Source of the DNA: a virus
Direction: 5' to 3' (one strand)
DNA length: 64,000 nt
IMG/VR virus record: IMGVR_UViG_3300045257_000207
Location: 1-64,000 of that record
Positions 55,720-64,000 of the stretch are shown here, in pieces. The position numbers and the translations under genes are program-made. The notes beneath the pieces are model-generated. The model did not search any database. It was not told the DNA's origin and saw nothing but the letters and a program-made list of their open reading frames with translations. Each line of letters begins with the position of its first letter. Position 1 is the stretch's first letter.

Positions 55720-58700
55720 ATGACAACCGTAAATTCGAACTTCAAGGTTAAGTATAACCTTGACGTTCTAGGGACAGGCTTATCTACGATAGCCGGTTCA
55801 TTAACTATCAGTTCTTTATTAACTACAGCAGCCTCAGCCACAGGTTCTGCTGGTCTAAATTTGCCCCATGGTGCAGCACCAACAAGTCCAGTTAATGGAG
55901 ATTTTTGGTCAACGACTACAGGATTTTTTGGTCGAGTAAACGGTGCAACTATCGGCCCGCTTTTAGATTCTACAGGTACCATCACAAATGCAACAAATGC
56001 AGCAAACGCGGCAACGGCGGACAGTTCTAGCAATTCCGTCATGTTCCCGACGTTTGTATCGGCAACAGGTGGCAATGAAGCTCTAAAAACAGCCAGTTCA
56101 TTATTCACGGTCAACCCCTCAACTGGTCATCTAGGCATCGGCGGCAATGCTGGTGGCAACAACAGCCTGTACATCACTGGTACTTCCTTCGGCACTGCTG
56201 CCACCGTCTACGGGATGATGAATGACGCTACTATCCCCGTGACTGCTACCTCTGCCTGCAATGTGTATAGCACGAATACCTCAACGACGGCAGGTACCTA
56301 CACGACAGCAAATATGCGACACTTCATCGCCCAGTTTGGTACTGTTGGGCAGGGCAATACAATCACCAATATGTATGGGTTCCAATCCCCGGCAACAACG
56401 GCTAACAATGCGACGGTGAACTATGGTTTCAATGGTGGCCTTGCAGTCAATACGAACGTCAACAACGGGCAGGCAGCAGCGACCATAACCAACGTAGCGG
56501 TGACTTCTAACGTAGCTACTCTGACAGTATCAGCACCTCATGGTTATACAACAAACACTGTAATCACAGTTGCAGCCACTACCCACACTCAATTGAACGG
56601 CTCTGGCATTGTTTGCATCGCAGGCACTACGGGTTCAACAATTGTCTATAACTGGACGACGGCAAACATCAGTTCTGTTGCAGATACGGGTTCTGTTACC
56701 CCGGCTTTTAACTGGAACTTCTATGCAGCAGGTACTGCTCCCAATTACATGCGTGGCAACCTGATTATCGGTACCTCCAACACGGATAACGGTACTGACA
56801 AACTTCAACTTACTGGGTCTGCCACGTTCACAGATCAAGTCAAGAGTACCCTATCGACTGGCACTGCACCTTTCGTAGTAGCCAGCACTACACAGGTAGC
56901 AAACCTGAACGTCGCTACCGCTGGTAATATTGCATCTGGTGCTGTTAATCAAATTTTATATCAAACTGGCGCAGGAGCCACAGGTTTCATCGCAACTGGA
57001 AACAATGGTGTACTTGTCACTGACGGTTCGGGTGTACCTACTATCAGCAGCACTTTACCTACCGGGTTGTCTATACCGGGTGCGTTGATGTCTACAAGCA
57101 ATGCGGTAACTGCTGCGGGTACTACGCAAGGCACTGCTACCGCGCTCACGAGCGACTTCAACGTAGTGACCACGGTAGGTTCTGGTCAAGGTGTTGTACT
57201 GCAAACTTCGGTGGCAGGTAAGACAGTAGTTGTTGTCAACAAAGGTGCAAATGCACTGCTCGTCTACCCAGCAACAAGCGGATTTATTGATTCTCTACTC
57301 GTGAACGTAGCCATCAGTCTACCAGTCAACTGCTGGATAGAATTCAATGCCTCGTCTACGACCCATTGGCAATCTACTGCAAATGCTCTAATCAATGCCA
57401 GTGGAGTATCAGGTGTTCTTTCAACCGCCAACTTAGGCACTGGCACGCAGACCAGTGTTACTTTCCTACGTGGTGATGGAACTTGGTCATCGACGCTCAC
57501 GGGTAACAGTTTTACTCAGGACAACACTGGCGCAGCCGCACAGTTGTCCCACATTTTCAATACGGACACGGGCCAGATTGCTCAGTTTTCGTGGAAAACA
57601 GGCAACTCTGCTCGCTGGACAATGGGTAAGAATGGAACAGCAGAAGGCGGGTCTAACGCGGGATCAGACTTTTTCCTTACTCCATTCGACGATAGTGGTT
57701 CATCGTTGGGCAATGCGTTCAAAGTCACTCGTTCTACCGGCCTAGTGTCAATAACTAATCAGGCCACTGTGGGTATAAACACCCTGACGGCGACTAGCGG
57801 CCCAATCGCCACTCTCAGTACGCTGGTCGCAGGTACCAGCTACACTAATGGCAGCTACACCAACGTCGCCCTGACTGGTGGTTCAGGTAGCAAGGCCCTT
57901 GCCAACATCACCGTCTCAGGCACAGTGGTCACGGTCTGCACCTTGGTAAGAGGCGGCTCGCGTTACTCCGTGGGTGACGTTCTCAGTGCGGCAAACACAG
58001 ACATTGGTGGTACTGGTTCAGGTTTCACTATCACGGTAGCAACGACCACTCCTGCAACCCTATATGTGACAGACGCAAGTACCGCCACGATTCGCCTTGA
58101 ATCACAGGTAACCGCAGCGACCGCCAACCAACAGATGGGTGCAATCTACTTCGCCACCCGTGACGTTAACGCTGGTGCTACGGGCGACATTGCTTACATT
58201 GAGGGTGTAACTGTAGGTACGACGGGTGGTGGTGCGCTTAGGTTCTATACGGCACCCGCTGCGTCTGCTACTGCCCTTGCGTTGACTGTCAACTCGGACA
58301 AGAGCCTAACCTTCGGTGGTACATTGGGTGCTGCTACATTTACTGGCCTCGTAACGACAGTAGCCTCTGCAACGGGCACTGCTGGTTTCAATCTTCCTCA
58401 TGGTGCAGCACCAACAAGTCCAGTCAATGGTGATATGTGGACTACCTCTGCAGGTGGTCTATTCACTAGGATCAATGGCGCGACGAAAACATCGGCATTC
58501 CTAGAGGGTGCTACATTCACTGGACTCTTGACGACAGTAGCCTCTGCAACAGGCACAGCTGGATTCAACGTACCTCATGGCTCTGCCCCAACCTCACCTG
58601 TCAACGGAGACGTTTGGACTACGACTGCAGGCATGTTCGCGCGGATCAATGGCGGTACAATCGGACCGTTCGGTGCAGCAGGATCAACCGCGAACATCAC

Positions 58701-59751
58701 TGGCGGTACAACAGGACAGATTCCATATCAGACTGGAGTAAGCACAACTGGATTTACCGGCCCCGGCTCTGCTGGACAAGTGCTGCAATCTGCTGGTGCT
58801 GCGCAGCCTGTGTATTCGACTGCTACCTATCCTGCAACTGGCGGCGCCAACCTGACGCACCTAGCATCCAACGGCACCAACTGGGTCAACACAACCAGCA
58901 CGTATGCAGACACTTTCTCAGCAGGTACAGTTTTGGTTGCAGCAACTGGCAATACTGTCACAGGTGTCTCAACTCTACCATCAGGTCTTACAGTTCCGGG
59001 ATTGCTGACCGCAACAAACAACGCTGTGGCGGCGGCAGGATCAAGTCAGAGTGATGCAACAGCTTTGACAAATGATTTCAACGTAGTTACCTCCAGTACA
59101 AGCACACAGGGTGTGGTGCTGCAGACTCCTGTGGCTGGTAAGACGGTTGTCGTTGTGAATCAAAGCAATTCCTACACGACCGTCTACCCACCGTCGGGTT
59201 GTACGATTGACAAGCTAGGCACGAACGTCGGAATCAGGCTGCTTGACGGCCAGCGCGCAGAGTTTAACGCGATGGACGCCACCCACTGGTATTCCACGCT
59301 GGCCGGGATCCGAATCGTCGGACCGTTCCTTAGCGTCGACAACTACCAGTCAGCGGGTACCTCGGCAAATCTCTATGTAGTATCCGACGCCACCCAGATG
59401 GCCGCAGTACGTTTTGCAGTAGGTTCAGGTCCGTCACTGCGCTGGTCTGTCTACAAAGACACAACAACTGAGGCTGGCTCAAATACAGGCTCAAACCTTG
59501 TCATTGCCACCCACGCTGATGGTGCTGGTTCGGCTCCTGTAGCTGGCACGCCAGTCGTTACTGTCAGTCGAGCCGACGGTTCGGTAGTTGCGACAGGTAG
59601 CATCCAAACGCCCATGGTAATGGGACAGCATGTGTTGGGCGCGAACTACATAGTCACAGCAGGATATTACGTTGTTGTGTCACGCTACCTTGAAATTGCA
59701 TCAGGATTCACCTTAGAAATGGGCATTGACGCCGACTTGGAGATCGTATGA
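55720..59751 (+). CDS. Long tail fibre protein, mosaic
   Basis: About 1340 aa, G/T/A/S-rich; three APTSPVNGD modules and a duplicated ATALT.DFNVVT...VAGKTVVVVN domain; GGAGAG RBS before ATG at 55720. Confidence 0.85.
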   Translation: MTTVNSNFKVKYNLDVLGTGLSTIAGSLTISSLLTTAASATGSAGLNLPHGAAPTSPVNGDFWSTTTGFFGRVNGATIGPLLDSTGTITNATNAANAATADSSSNSVMFPTFVSATGGNEALKTASSLFTVNPSTGHLGIGGNAGGNNSLYITGTSFGTAATVYGMMNDATIPVTATSACNVYSTNTSTTAGTYTTANMRHFIAQFGTVGQGNTITNMYGFQSPATTANNATVNYGFNGGLAVNTNVNNGQAAATITNVAVTSNVATLTVSAPHGYTTNTVITVAATTHTQLNGSGIVCIAGTTGSTIVYNWTTANISSVADTGSVTPAFNWNFYAAGTAPNYMRGNLIIGTSNTDNGTDKLQLTGSATFTDQVKSTLSTGTAPFVVASTTQVANLNVATAGNIASGAVNQILYQTGAGATGFIATGNNGVLVTDGSGVPTISSTLPTGLSIPGALMSTSNAVTAAGTTQGTATALTSDFNVVTTVGSGQGVVLQTSVAGKTVVVVNKGANALLVYPATSGFIDSLLVNVAISLPVNCWIEFNASSTTHWQSTANALINASGVSGVLSTANLGTGTQTSVTFLRGDGTWSSTLTGNSFTQDNTGAAAQLSHIFNTDTGQIAQFSWKTGNSARWTMGKNGTAEGGSNAGSDFFLTPFDDSGSSLGNAFKVTRSTGLVSITNQATVGINTLTATSGPIATLSTLVAGTSYTNGSYTNVALTGGSGSKALANITVSGTVVTVCTLVRGGSRYSVGDVLSAANTDIGGTGSGFTITVATTTPATLYVTDASTATIRLESQVTAATANQQMGAIYFATRDVNAGATGDIAYIEGVTVGTTGGGALRFYTAPAASATALALTVNSDKSLTFGGTLGAATFTGLVTTVASATGTAGFNLPHGAAPTSPVNGDMWTTSAGGLFTRINGATKTSAFLEGATFTGLLTTVASATGTAGFNVPHGSAPTSPVNGDVWTTTAGMFARINGGTIGPFGAAGSTANITGGTTGQIPYQTGVSTTGFTGPGSAGQVLQSAGAAQPVYSTATYPATGGANLTHLASNGTNWVNTTSTYADTFSAGTVLVAATGNTVTGVSTLPSGLTVPGLLTATNNAVAAAGSSQSDATALTNDFNVVTSSTSTQGVVLQTPVAGKTVVVVNQSNSYTTVYPPSGCTIDKLGTNVGIRLLDGQRAEFNAMDATHWYSTLAGIRIVGPFLSVDNYQSAGTSANLYVVSDATQMAAVRFAVGSGPSLRWSVYKDTTTEAGSNTGSNLVIATHADGAGSAPVAGTPVVTVSRADGSVVATGSIQTPMVMGQHVLGANYIVTAGYYVVVSRYLEIASGFTLEMGIDADLEIV

Positions 59752-61001
59752 GTTACCAGACCTTTACAAAAACCGCAGCACCCGCTGCACCCGCTGCAAA
59801 CAAACTAACACAGTACGTCGATACTGCTGATCGTCGGCCAAAAGCCATCGATGACAACGGTGTGATCTCTGTGATGACGACAGGAGCATCGTTCGATCGA
59901 AACATCATCGACAACGGTGGCTTCACCGTACAACAGCGTGTTGCTACAGCATCGACAGCGATCGCCGGTGTCTCTACAACAACTCGGGCCGGCGTGGTCG
60001 CAGATCGCTGGGCAGTAACGACATCCGTTGCGTCCAACCTGAACTGGGCGCAGATCGATACCAACGGTGCCCAGGACACTGGCTTACAGTCTCGTTACTA
60101 CGGTTCGATCATCTCCTCATCTGCTGGTAAGAAAGTAATGATCTCACAGTGGGTGATCGGCTCAGCGATGGCTCACCTGAGAGGTCAAAAGGTTCGCGTC
60201 AGCATCAAACACAACCAGAAGGTGGGTACCGGTCAGACTTTCAGAATGGGCCTGCTGCAACTCAATGCATCAGGTACTGTCGATGTATCGCCAGCGTTTC
60301 TGACAGGTGCATGGTCAACTACAACTGGTGTTGATCCAGCATGGGGAACCAACCTTGCTGTGATTGCTCCCGATGCAAGCCCGACCGCTGAAAACGGAAC
60401 CAACGGCGCCTCGTGGTGTACAGTGACATCCGTCGCGACCACGTGGACTAAGAGTTCTGCCGTGTTCACGATCCCAACCAACGCGAAGAACCTTGTGATG
60501 GTGTTCTTCTCTGATGCTACCGGTGGTACGACTGATAACATCAGTATTGCGGAAGCCCAAATTACACAAGGCACGGCGATTGTGGATTATGCAGAACCTC
60601 CGCTTGCTGAAACTCTTGTAAGATGCCAAAGATTCTTTTGCAAATCTTTCCCGCTTACTGTAGTGCCTGCCGCATCCCTGTCAGAAGCTACGGCGGGTTC
60701 TGGAGTGTGCAGTATTATTGGATTAGCGGGTGCAACTGCGCTCGCTGTGCATATTCCCATTCAATTTCCCGTGCAGATGTGGAAAACTCCTGTTACCTTG
60801 ACGTACTTCACTCCTACCGCCTCTGGCGCACAGGCGTTCAGATTAGATGGAACCTCCCCTGCCGCGCAAACCGCAACCGCCTCAAGAACTAGCTCTCTTA
60901 CTGATCGCGGCGTTCTTTGTACTGCAACTGGTGATGCTAGTGGTGTAGTTGGTAACTTGGTAGGTGTGCATTACACAGCCGATGCAGAAATAGTCGCCTA
61001 A
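59748..61001 (+). CDS. Fibre-associated / receptor-binding protein
   Basis: NIIDNGGFTVQQR...ADRW and ETLVRCQRFF...FPVQMWKTP motifs typical of phage fibre tip domains; ATGA overlap. Confidence 0.7.
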   Translation: MSYQTFTKTAAPAAPAANKLTQYVDTADRRPKAIDDNGVISVMTTGASFDRNIIDNGGFTVQQRVATASTAIAGVSTTTRAGVVADRWAVTTSVASNLNWAQIDTNGAQDTGLQSRYYGSIISSSAGKKVMISQWVIGSAMAHLRGQKVRVSIKHNQKVGTGQTFRMGLLQLNASGTVDVSPAFLTGAWSTTTGVDPAWGTNLAVIAPDASPTAENGTNGASWCTVTSVATTWTKSSAVFTIPTNAKNLVMVFFSDATGGTTDNISIAEAQITQGTAIVDYAEPPLAETLVRCQRFFCKSFPLTVVPAASLSEATAGSGVCSIIGLAGATALAVHIPIQFPVQMWKTPVTLTYFTPTASGAQAFRLDGTSPAAQTATASRTSSLTDRGVLCTATGDASGVVGNLVGVHYTADAEIVA

Positions 61002-61015
61002 CAGGAGAAATAAAC

Positions 61016-61330
61016 ATGGCAACAGCACTATCTGATTTAACCTCGCTTGTAACTTCTTTGTTGAGAGGAACTGCCCCGACCAATCAACAGCTTCTCAACA
61101 TAGGTACATCATATTTGTACTATATGACGGATGCGGATGTAGCCAATTTGTTAAATAATCAGGGACTTACAAAAGCAACTCTTACCAACGAACAAATTGC
61201 TAATATAGTATTGATAATAATGCGGACTAACTTGAAATCTTATTGTGTTCAAGCTGGACGTGATGCCGCCAATGCAGCAAATGCGGCGGCGGCGCAATCG
61301 GCAGGCGATAGCAATGCTACAGGTTTCTAA
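61016..61330 (+). CDS. Hypothetical protein (possible fibre chaperone)
   Basis: 104 aa; AGGAGA RBS; follows the fibre genes. Confidence 0.55.
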   Translation: MATALSDLTSLVTSLLRGTAPTNQQLLNIGTSYLYYMTDADVANLLNNQGLTKATLTNEQIANIVLIIMRTNLKSYCVQAGRDAANAANAAAAQSAGDSNATGF

Positions 61331-61347
61331 CTAATCAAGGACAACAC

Positions 61348-62184
61348 ATGATAGACCAAACCACAACTGATACTGTAATTAATGGGGCAATTCCATCCGT
61401 TAAGGATTCAAGGGATCATGTTTATATAGCAAAGACTACAACACAACCTGTTTCTAGTGGCCTTTTCTCATCTTTACTAAAAGCGTTACTGAATTTGTTC
61501 AGTCTAAGCTGGTGGAAAAGTTTGTTCTCAGGTGGTACTTATTCGCCATCTTCAACTACATTGCCTACATCCTTTTCTTGTGATATTAGTAAATTGCCAC
61601 CAGCGTTCAATCAATTAGAAATGGACTGTGTGGCCAATGGACTCGCTGTTATGATGTTACAAGCGGGAACAATTATGCCATCGCGACTTGCCTTGTGGTG
61701 GGGTGCTAGAGAGATAGCAGGAACACAAACGCAAGACGTGGGTGTGAATATCAAGGATGTATTCAAAACTGCGGTAATCGGCGTACCTTCGGAAATAGAA
61801 TGGCCTTATGACAAGACAAAATGGATGGATGAGCCACCCTCTCTGCATACCGTATCTATTAGCGAATACAAGGCAGTCAGTCAAACTCAACATGATATCA
61901 TGGATGCCATATACAACGGATTCCTCGTTGGAATTGGGTTCACCATGCATAAATCATTCATGACATTATGGACAGATCACACGAACATATTGATACCCAT
62001 GCCTACATCTAGTGATCCAGTAATGGGAGGACATTTTGGCGTTCTCGTAGGATACACGCCAGACTATGTTATTATGCGCAATAGTTTCGGCCCGAAGTGG
62101 GGACAAGTAGGTTACTGTCATTTGCCGTGGGCTTTTGTACTTGATTACATTGTGACTACGGATTTGTGGGTAATTTCAAAATAA
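61348..62184 (+). CDS. Papain-like cysteine peptidase (C1 family)
   Basis: NQ...DCVANG (Gln, catalytic Cys), PSRLALW, GGHFGVLVGY (His) and RNSFGPKWGQVGY (Asn). Confidence 0.88.
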   Translation: MIDQTTTDTVINGAIPSVKDSRDHVYIAKTTTQPVSSGLFSSLLKALLNLFSLSWWKSLFSGGTYSPSSTTLPTSFSCDISKLPPAFNQLEMDCVANGLAVMMLQAGTIMPSRLALWWGAREIAGTQTQDVGVNIKDVFKTAVIGVPSEIEWPYDKTKWMDEPPSLHTVSISEYKAVSQTQHDIMDAIYNGFLVGIGFTMHKSFMTLWTDHTNILIPMPTSSDPVMGGHFGVLVGYTPDYVIMRNSFGPKWGQVGYCHLPWAFVLDYIVTTDLWVISK

Positions 62185-62197
62185 CATAATCAAACGC

Positions 62198-62226
62198 TTG
62201 ACAACGTAATAAAAGTCAAATATAAT
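62198..62226 (+). promoter_or_regulatory. Perfect-consensus sigma70 promoter TTGACA-17-TATAAT
   Basis: TTGACA at 62198-62203, TATAAT at 62221-62226. Confidence 0.9.
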
Positions 62227-62252
62227 CCACCAAACCATCAAAGGAGATTTAC

Positions 62253-62480
62253 ATGGATCAGGCAAAGCAGAACGAACTCAATGCACTACAAATCCTAGCC
62301 AAGGCTGGAGAATTTTACGTCAATACGTTGGATGATCTTGCAAAGAATTTTGTTGGCCCACAGGTTAATGCGGCAGTTCAGATTTTCAATCAAATTTTGA
62401 CAGAACGGCACGGAGTGCAACCGGCCCCGGTTGACGCACCACCGGCTCCAGTTGCACCAGCAGCAAGCAACGACGAGTAA
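62253..62480 (+). CDS. Small hypothetical early protein
   Basis: AAGGAG RBS; 75 aa with a P/A-rich tail. Confidence 0.7.
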   Translation: MDQAKQNELNALQILAKAGEFYVNTLDDLAKNFVGPQVNAAVQIFNQILTERHGVQPAPVDAPPAPVAPAASNDE

Positions 62481-62503
62481 GATCGAGCAGTTGCACACTA
62501 CGA

Positions 62504-62511
62504 TATAAATA
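62504..62511 (+). promoter_or_regulatory. Late promoter TATAAATA directly upstream of the tRNA
   Basis: Exact box 6 nt before the tRNA 5' end. Confidence 0.75.
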
Positions 62512-62517
62512 GATGAT

Positions 62518-62593
62518 GCGGTAGTAGCTCAGTTGGTAGAGCGGAACCTTGCCAAGGTTCAGGTCGTGGGTTCGAGTCCCATCTACCGCTCCA
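62518..62593 (+). tRNA. tRNA-Gly (anticodon GCC), CCA encoded
   Basis: 76 nt; acceptor GCGGTAG/CTACCGC, D-loop AGTTGGTA, anticodon arm GAACC-TTGCCAA-GGTTC, T-loop GGTTCGAGTCC, discriminator T then CCA. Confidence 0.97.
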
Positions 62594-62607
62594 TTTTGGA
62601 GTACCGC

Positions 62608-62814
62608 ATGAAAGAATCTCTTCTCGCCTTGATTGATAAGTGCATCTTCCACACTGAAGAAGAGATTCGTTTGGTTTTGGAACCATTGGGTTATATCGTG
62701 GAGATAGGAGATAATGGAATATCTGCACATATCTTCGATCAAGATGGTAAGAAAATAGCTTCCGTAATATCCATTCCAGATCACAGTGTTACAAAATCCA
62801 AGAAAAAGAGTTGA
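62608..62814 (+). CDS. Small hypothetical protein
   Basis: GGAG RBS then ATG at 62608 (MKESLLAL...), 68 aa. Confidence 0.55.
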   Translation: MKESLLALIDKCIFHTEEEIRLVLEPLGYIVEIGDNGISAHIFDQDGKKIASVISIPDHSVTKSKKKS

Positions 62815-62839
62815 CAACCATATTTCCTTTGTGTACAAT
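62811..62839 (+). promoter_or_regulatory. Sigma70 promoter TTGACA-17-TACAAT
   Basis: TTGACA at 62811-62816, TACAAT at 62834-62839. Confidence 0.85.
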
Positions 62840-62884
62840 CGTTGATAATTGAACAAACAATTACAACCCAAAGGAGTCCTTAAT

Positions 62885-63349
62885 ATGACCACAGTCAACA
62901 AGTACGTTCGCTACTCGTCACAGTCCAATCTACGCGACACCGACGTGATCGATATGCGCGAAAAGTATCGGAGCAGCAACGCAAGTATTCAAGAAATTGC
63001 CGAACTGTTCGGTGTGAACCGTAGCACAGTGGAGCGTATTATCTCTCATCGTACATGGTCACACATTCCATCCCCAACCACGATCAAGAACGGTCGCTAC
63101 TCAGTCTATCCGGACGGTCGCATCTGGTCAACGGCCAGCAAGAAGTTCTTGACCCCGCGTACCACCGCATCGGGCATTCCACAAGTTCAACTTTCCACAC
63201 CAACCGGTAAGGAAACTGTGCCGGTAGCCCTCTTGGTAGCGAAGACATTCATTTCTCCGAATGTTCGCTCAATGTCAAGCATCGCATATGCCAATGCGGA
63301 TACCATGGATACCCACTTCATTAACCTTTCGGTTAAGACCAAGAAGTAA
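62885..63349 (+). CDS. HTH DNA-binding protein fused to a degenerate NUMOD4/HNH-like domain
   Basis: SIQEIAELFGVNRSTVERII..RTWSHI (HTH); YSVYPDGRIWS...VALLVAKTF...INL without the HNH His/Asn; AAGGAG RBS. Confidence 0.7.
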   Translation: MTTVNKYVRYSSQSNLRDTDVIDMREKYRSSNASIQEIAELFGVNRSTVERIISHRTWSHIPSPTTIKNGRYSVYPDGRIWSTASKKFLTPRTTASGIPQVQLSTPTGKETVPVALLVAKTFISPNVRSMSSIAYANADTMDTHFINLSVKTKK

Positions 63350-63374
63350 GTTGAGCGTAGAAGCCATTGTATAC

Positions 63375-63428
63375 AGAAACGGCCCATATGGGCCGTTTCT
63401 TTTGCAGTCTCAAAAGCTTGGATAAATA
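63375..63428 (+). terminator. Intrinsic terminator followed by late promoter GATAAATA (63421-63428)
   Basis: AGAAACGGCCC-ATAT-GGGCCGTTTCT-TTT. Confidence 0.85.
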
Positions 63429-63451
63429 TCTGAACCTTCCGGATTAAGCCA

Positions 63452-64000
63452 ATGAAACTCGCTGACCTAGCTCTTCACAATAATATCAAGTACCATGATG
63501 AACTCGACCCGAAATTGTGGGAAAACGAGAAATTGAAGAAGGAAGTCCGTTCCAAATTGTTGGAAATCGGAGAGGCATTCTTAGAATTCCTCGAAATAGA
63601 CGAAAACGCTCTACAAGACTATCTTCTGGTAGGCTCAGCGGCCAATTACAATTGGTCACAATTCTCTGATATCGACTTGCATGTCGTTTTGGACTATGAC
63701 ATCGTTGGGCAATCGTGTAACATGGATATCGTGGAAGAATTCCTTTTCGCAAAACGCGGTGTCTGGAAGTTGAAGCAAAAAATTACTATCATGGGGATGC
63801 CGGTTGAAGTCGGCCCACAGGATAAGAATGCCGAGTTAGAAAGTTCCGGGGCATTCTCATTGTTGGAGAACGATTGGATCAAGAAACCTGCACACAAAGA
63901 ACCCAAAGTCGATGAACACGAATATGAAGCGAAAGTTCTTGACATGAAGAAGAAAATCGACCGTATCTTATCCGGGAAGTACACGTCAGAAGAAGCTGAC
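63452..64000 (+). CDS. Pol-beta-superfamily nucleotidyltransferase, 3'-truncated (absent from the ORF track)
   Basis: Own translation: MKLADLALHNNIKYHDELDPKLW...LVGSAANYNWSQFSDIDLHVVLD...; open to the window end; GS...DxD motif. Confidence 0.85.
   Translation, partial: MKLADLALHNNIKYHDELDPKLWENEKLKKEVRSKLLEIGEAFLEFLEIDENALQDYLLVGSAANYNWSQFSDIDLHVVLDYDIVGQSCNMDIVEEFLFAKRGVWKLKQKITIMGMPVEVGPQDKNAELESSGAFSLLENDWIKKPAHKEPKVDEHEYEAKVLDMKKKIDRILSGKYTSEEAD

Noticed and set aside
62533-62814. 93-aa ORF starting inside the tRNA, and antisense ORFs at 62386-62901
   Set aside because: They overlap a canonical tRNA; the RBS-supported start is 62608.
1-64000. CRISPR array or rRNA
   Set aside because: No short repeats with unique spacers and no rRNA-like sequence were seen; all repeats found are coding.
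1-64000. Stop-codon reassignment
   Set aside because: The standard code gives dense full-length genes, and no conserved gene appears interrupted by an in-frame stop.

Overview
This window is 64 kb of a large (jumbo-type) myovirus genome with T4-like transcription signals and a probable proteobacterial host. It begins inside a >3100-aa virion protein that carries a mucin-like (PT/PTVT) linker, a SPRY domain and two LamG domains. A tail module follows (gp15-like, sheath, tube, tube-like, gp4-like), then putative internal head proteins, a replication block (DsbA, family B polymerase, clamp-like protein, RNase H) and nucleotide metabolism genes (NUDIX, Pol-beta nucleotidyltransferases, thymidylate synthase, nrdAB, HD hydrolase). 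The window ends with a block of repeat-rich fibre genes, a papain-like protease and tRNA-Gly(GCC). About 20 (T/C/G/A)ATAAATA or TCTAAATA late-promoter boxes, several sigma70 promoters and many intrinsic terminators are visible. The most notable feature is ten glycan-related genes in two clusters under late promoters: a GT60-type polypeptide GlcNAc-transferase, a carbamoyltransferase, HtrL/GT2, GT-A, GT4, two GT-D domains, a DegT aminotransferase, a NeuD/PglD acetyltransferase, a pyruvyltransferase and a Maf-like enzyme. Together with the mucin-like repeat in a structural protein, these suggest a phage-encoded, eukaryote/giant-virus-like O-glycosylation system that decorates the virion. All family assignments come from motifs recognised by eye, not from database searches.
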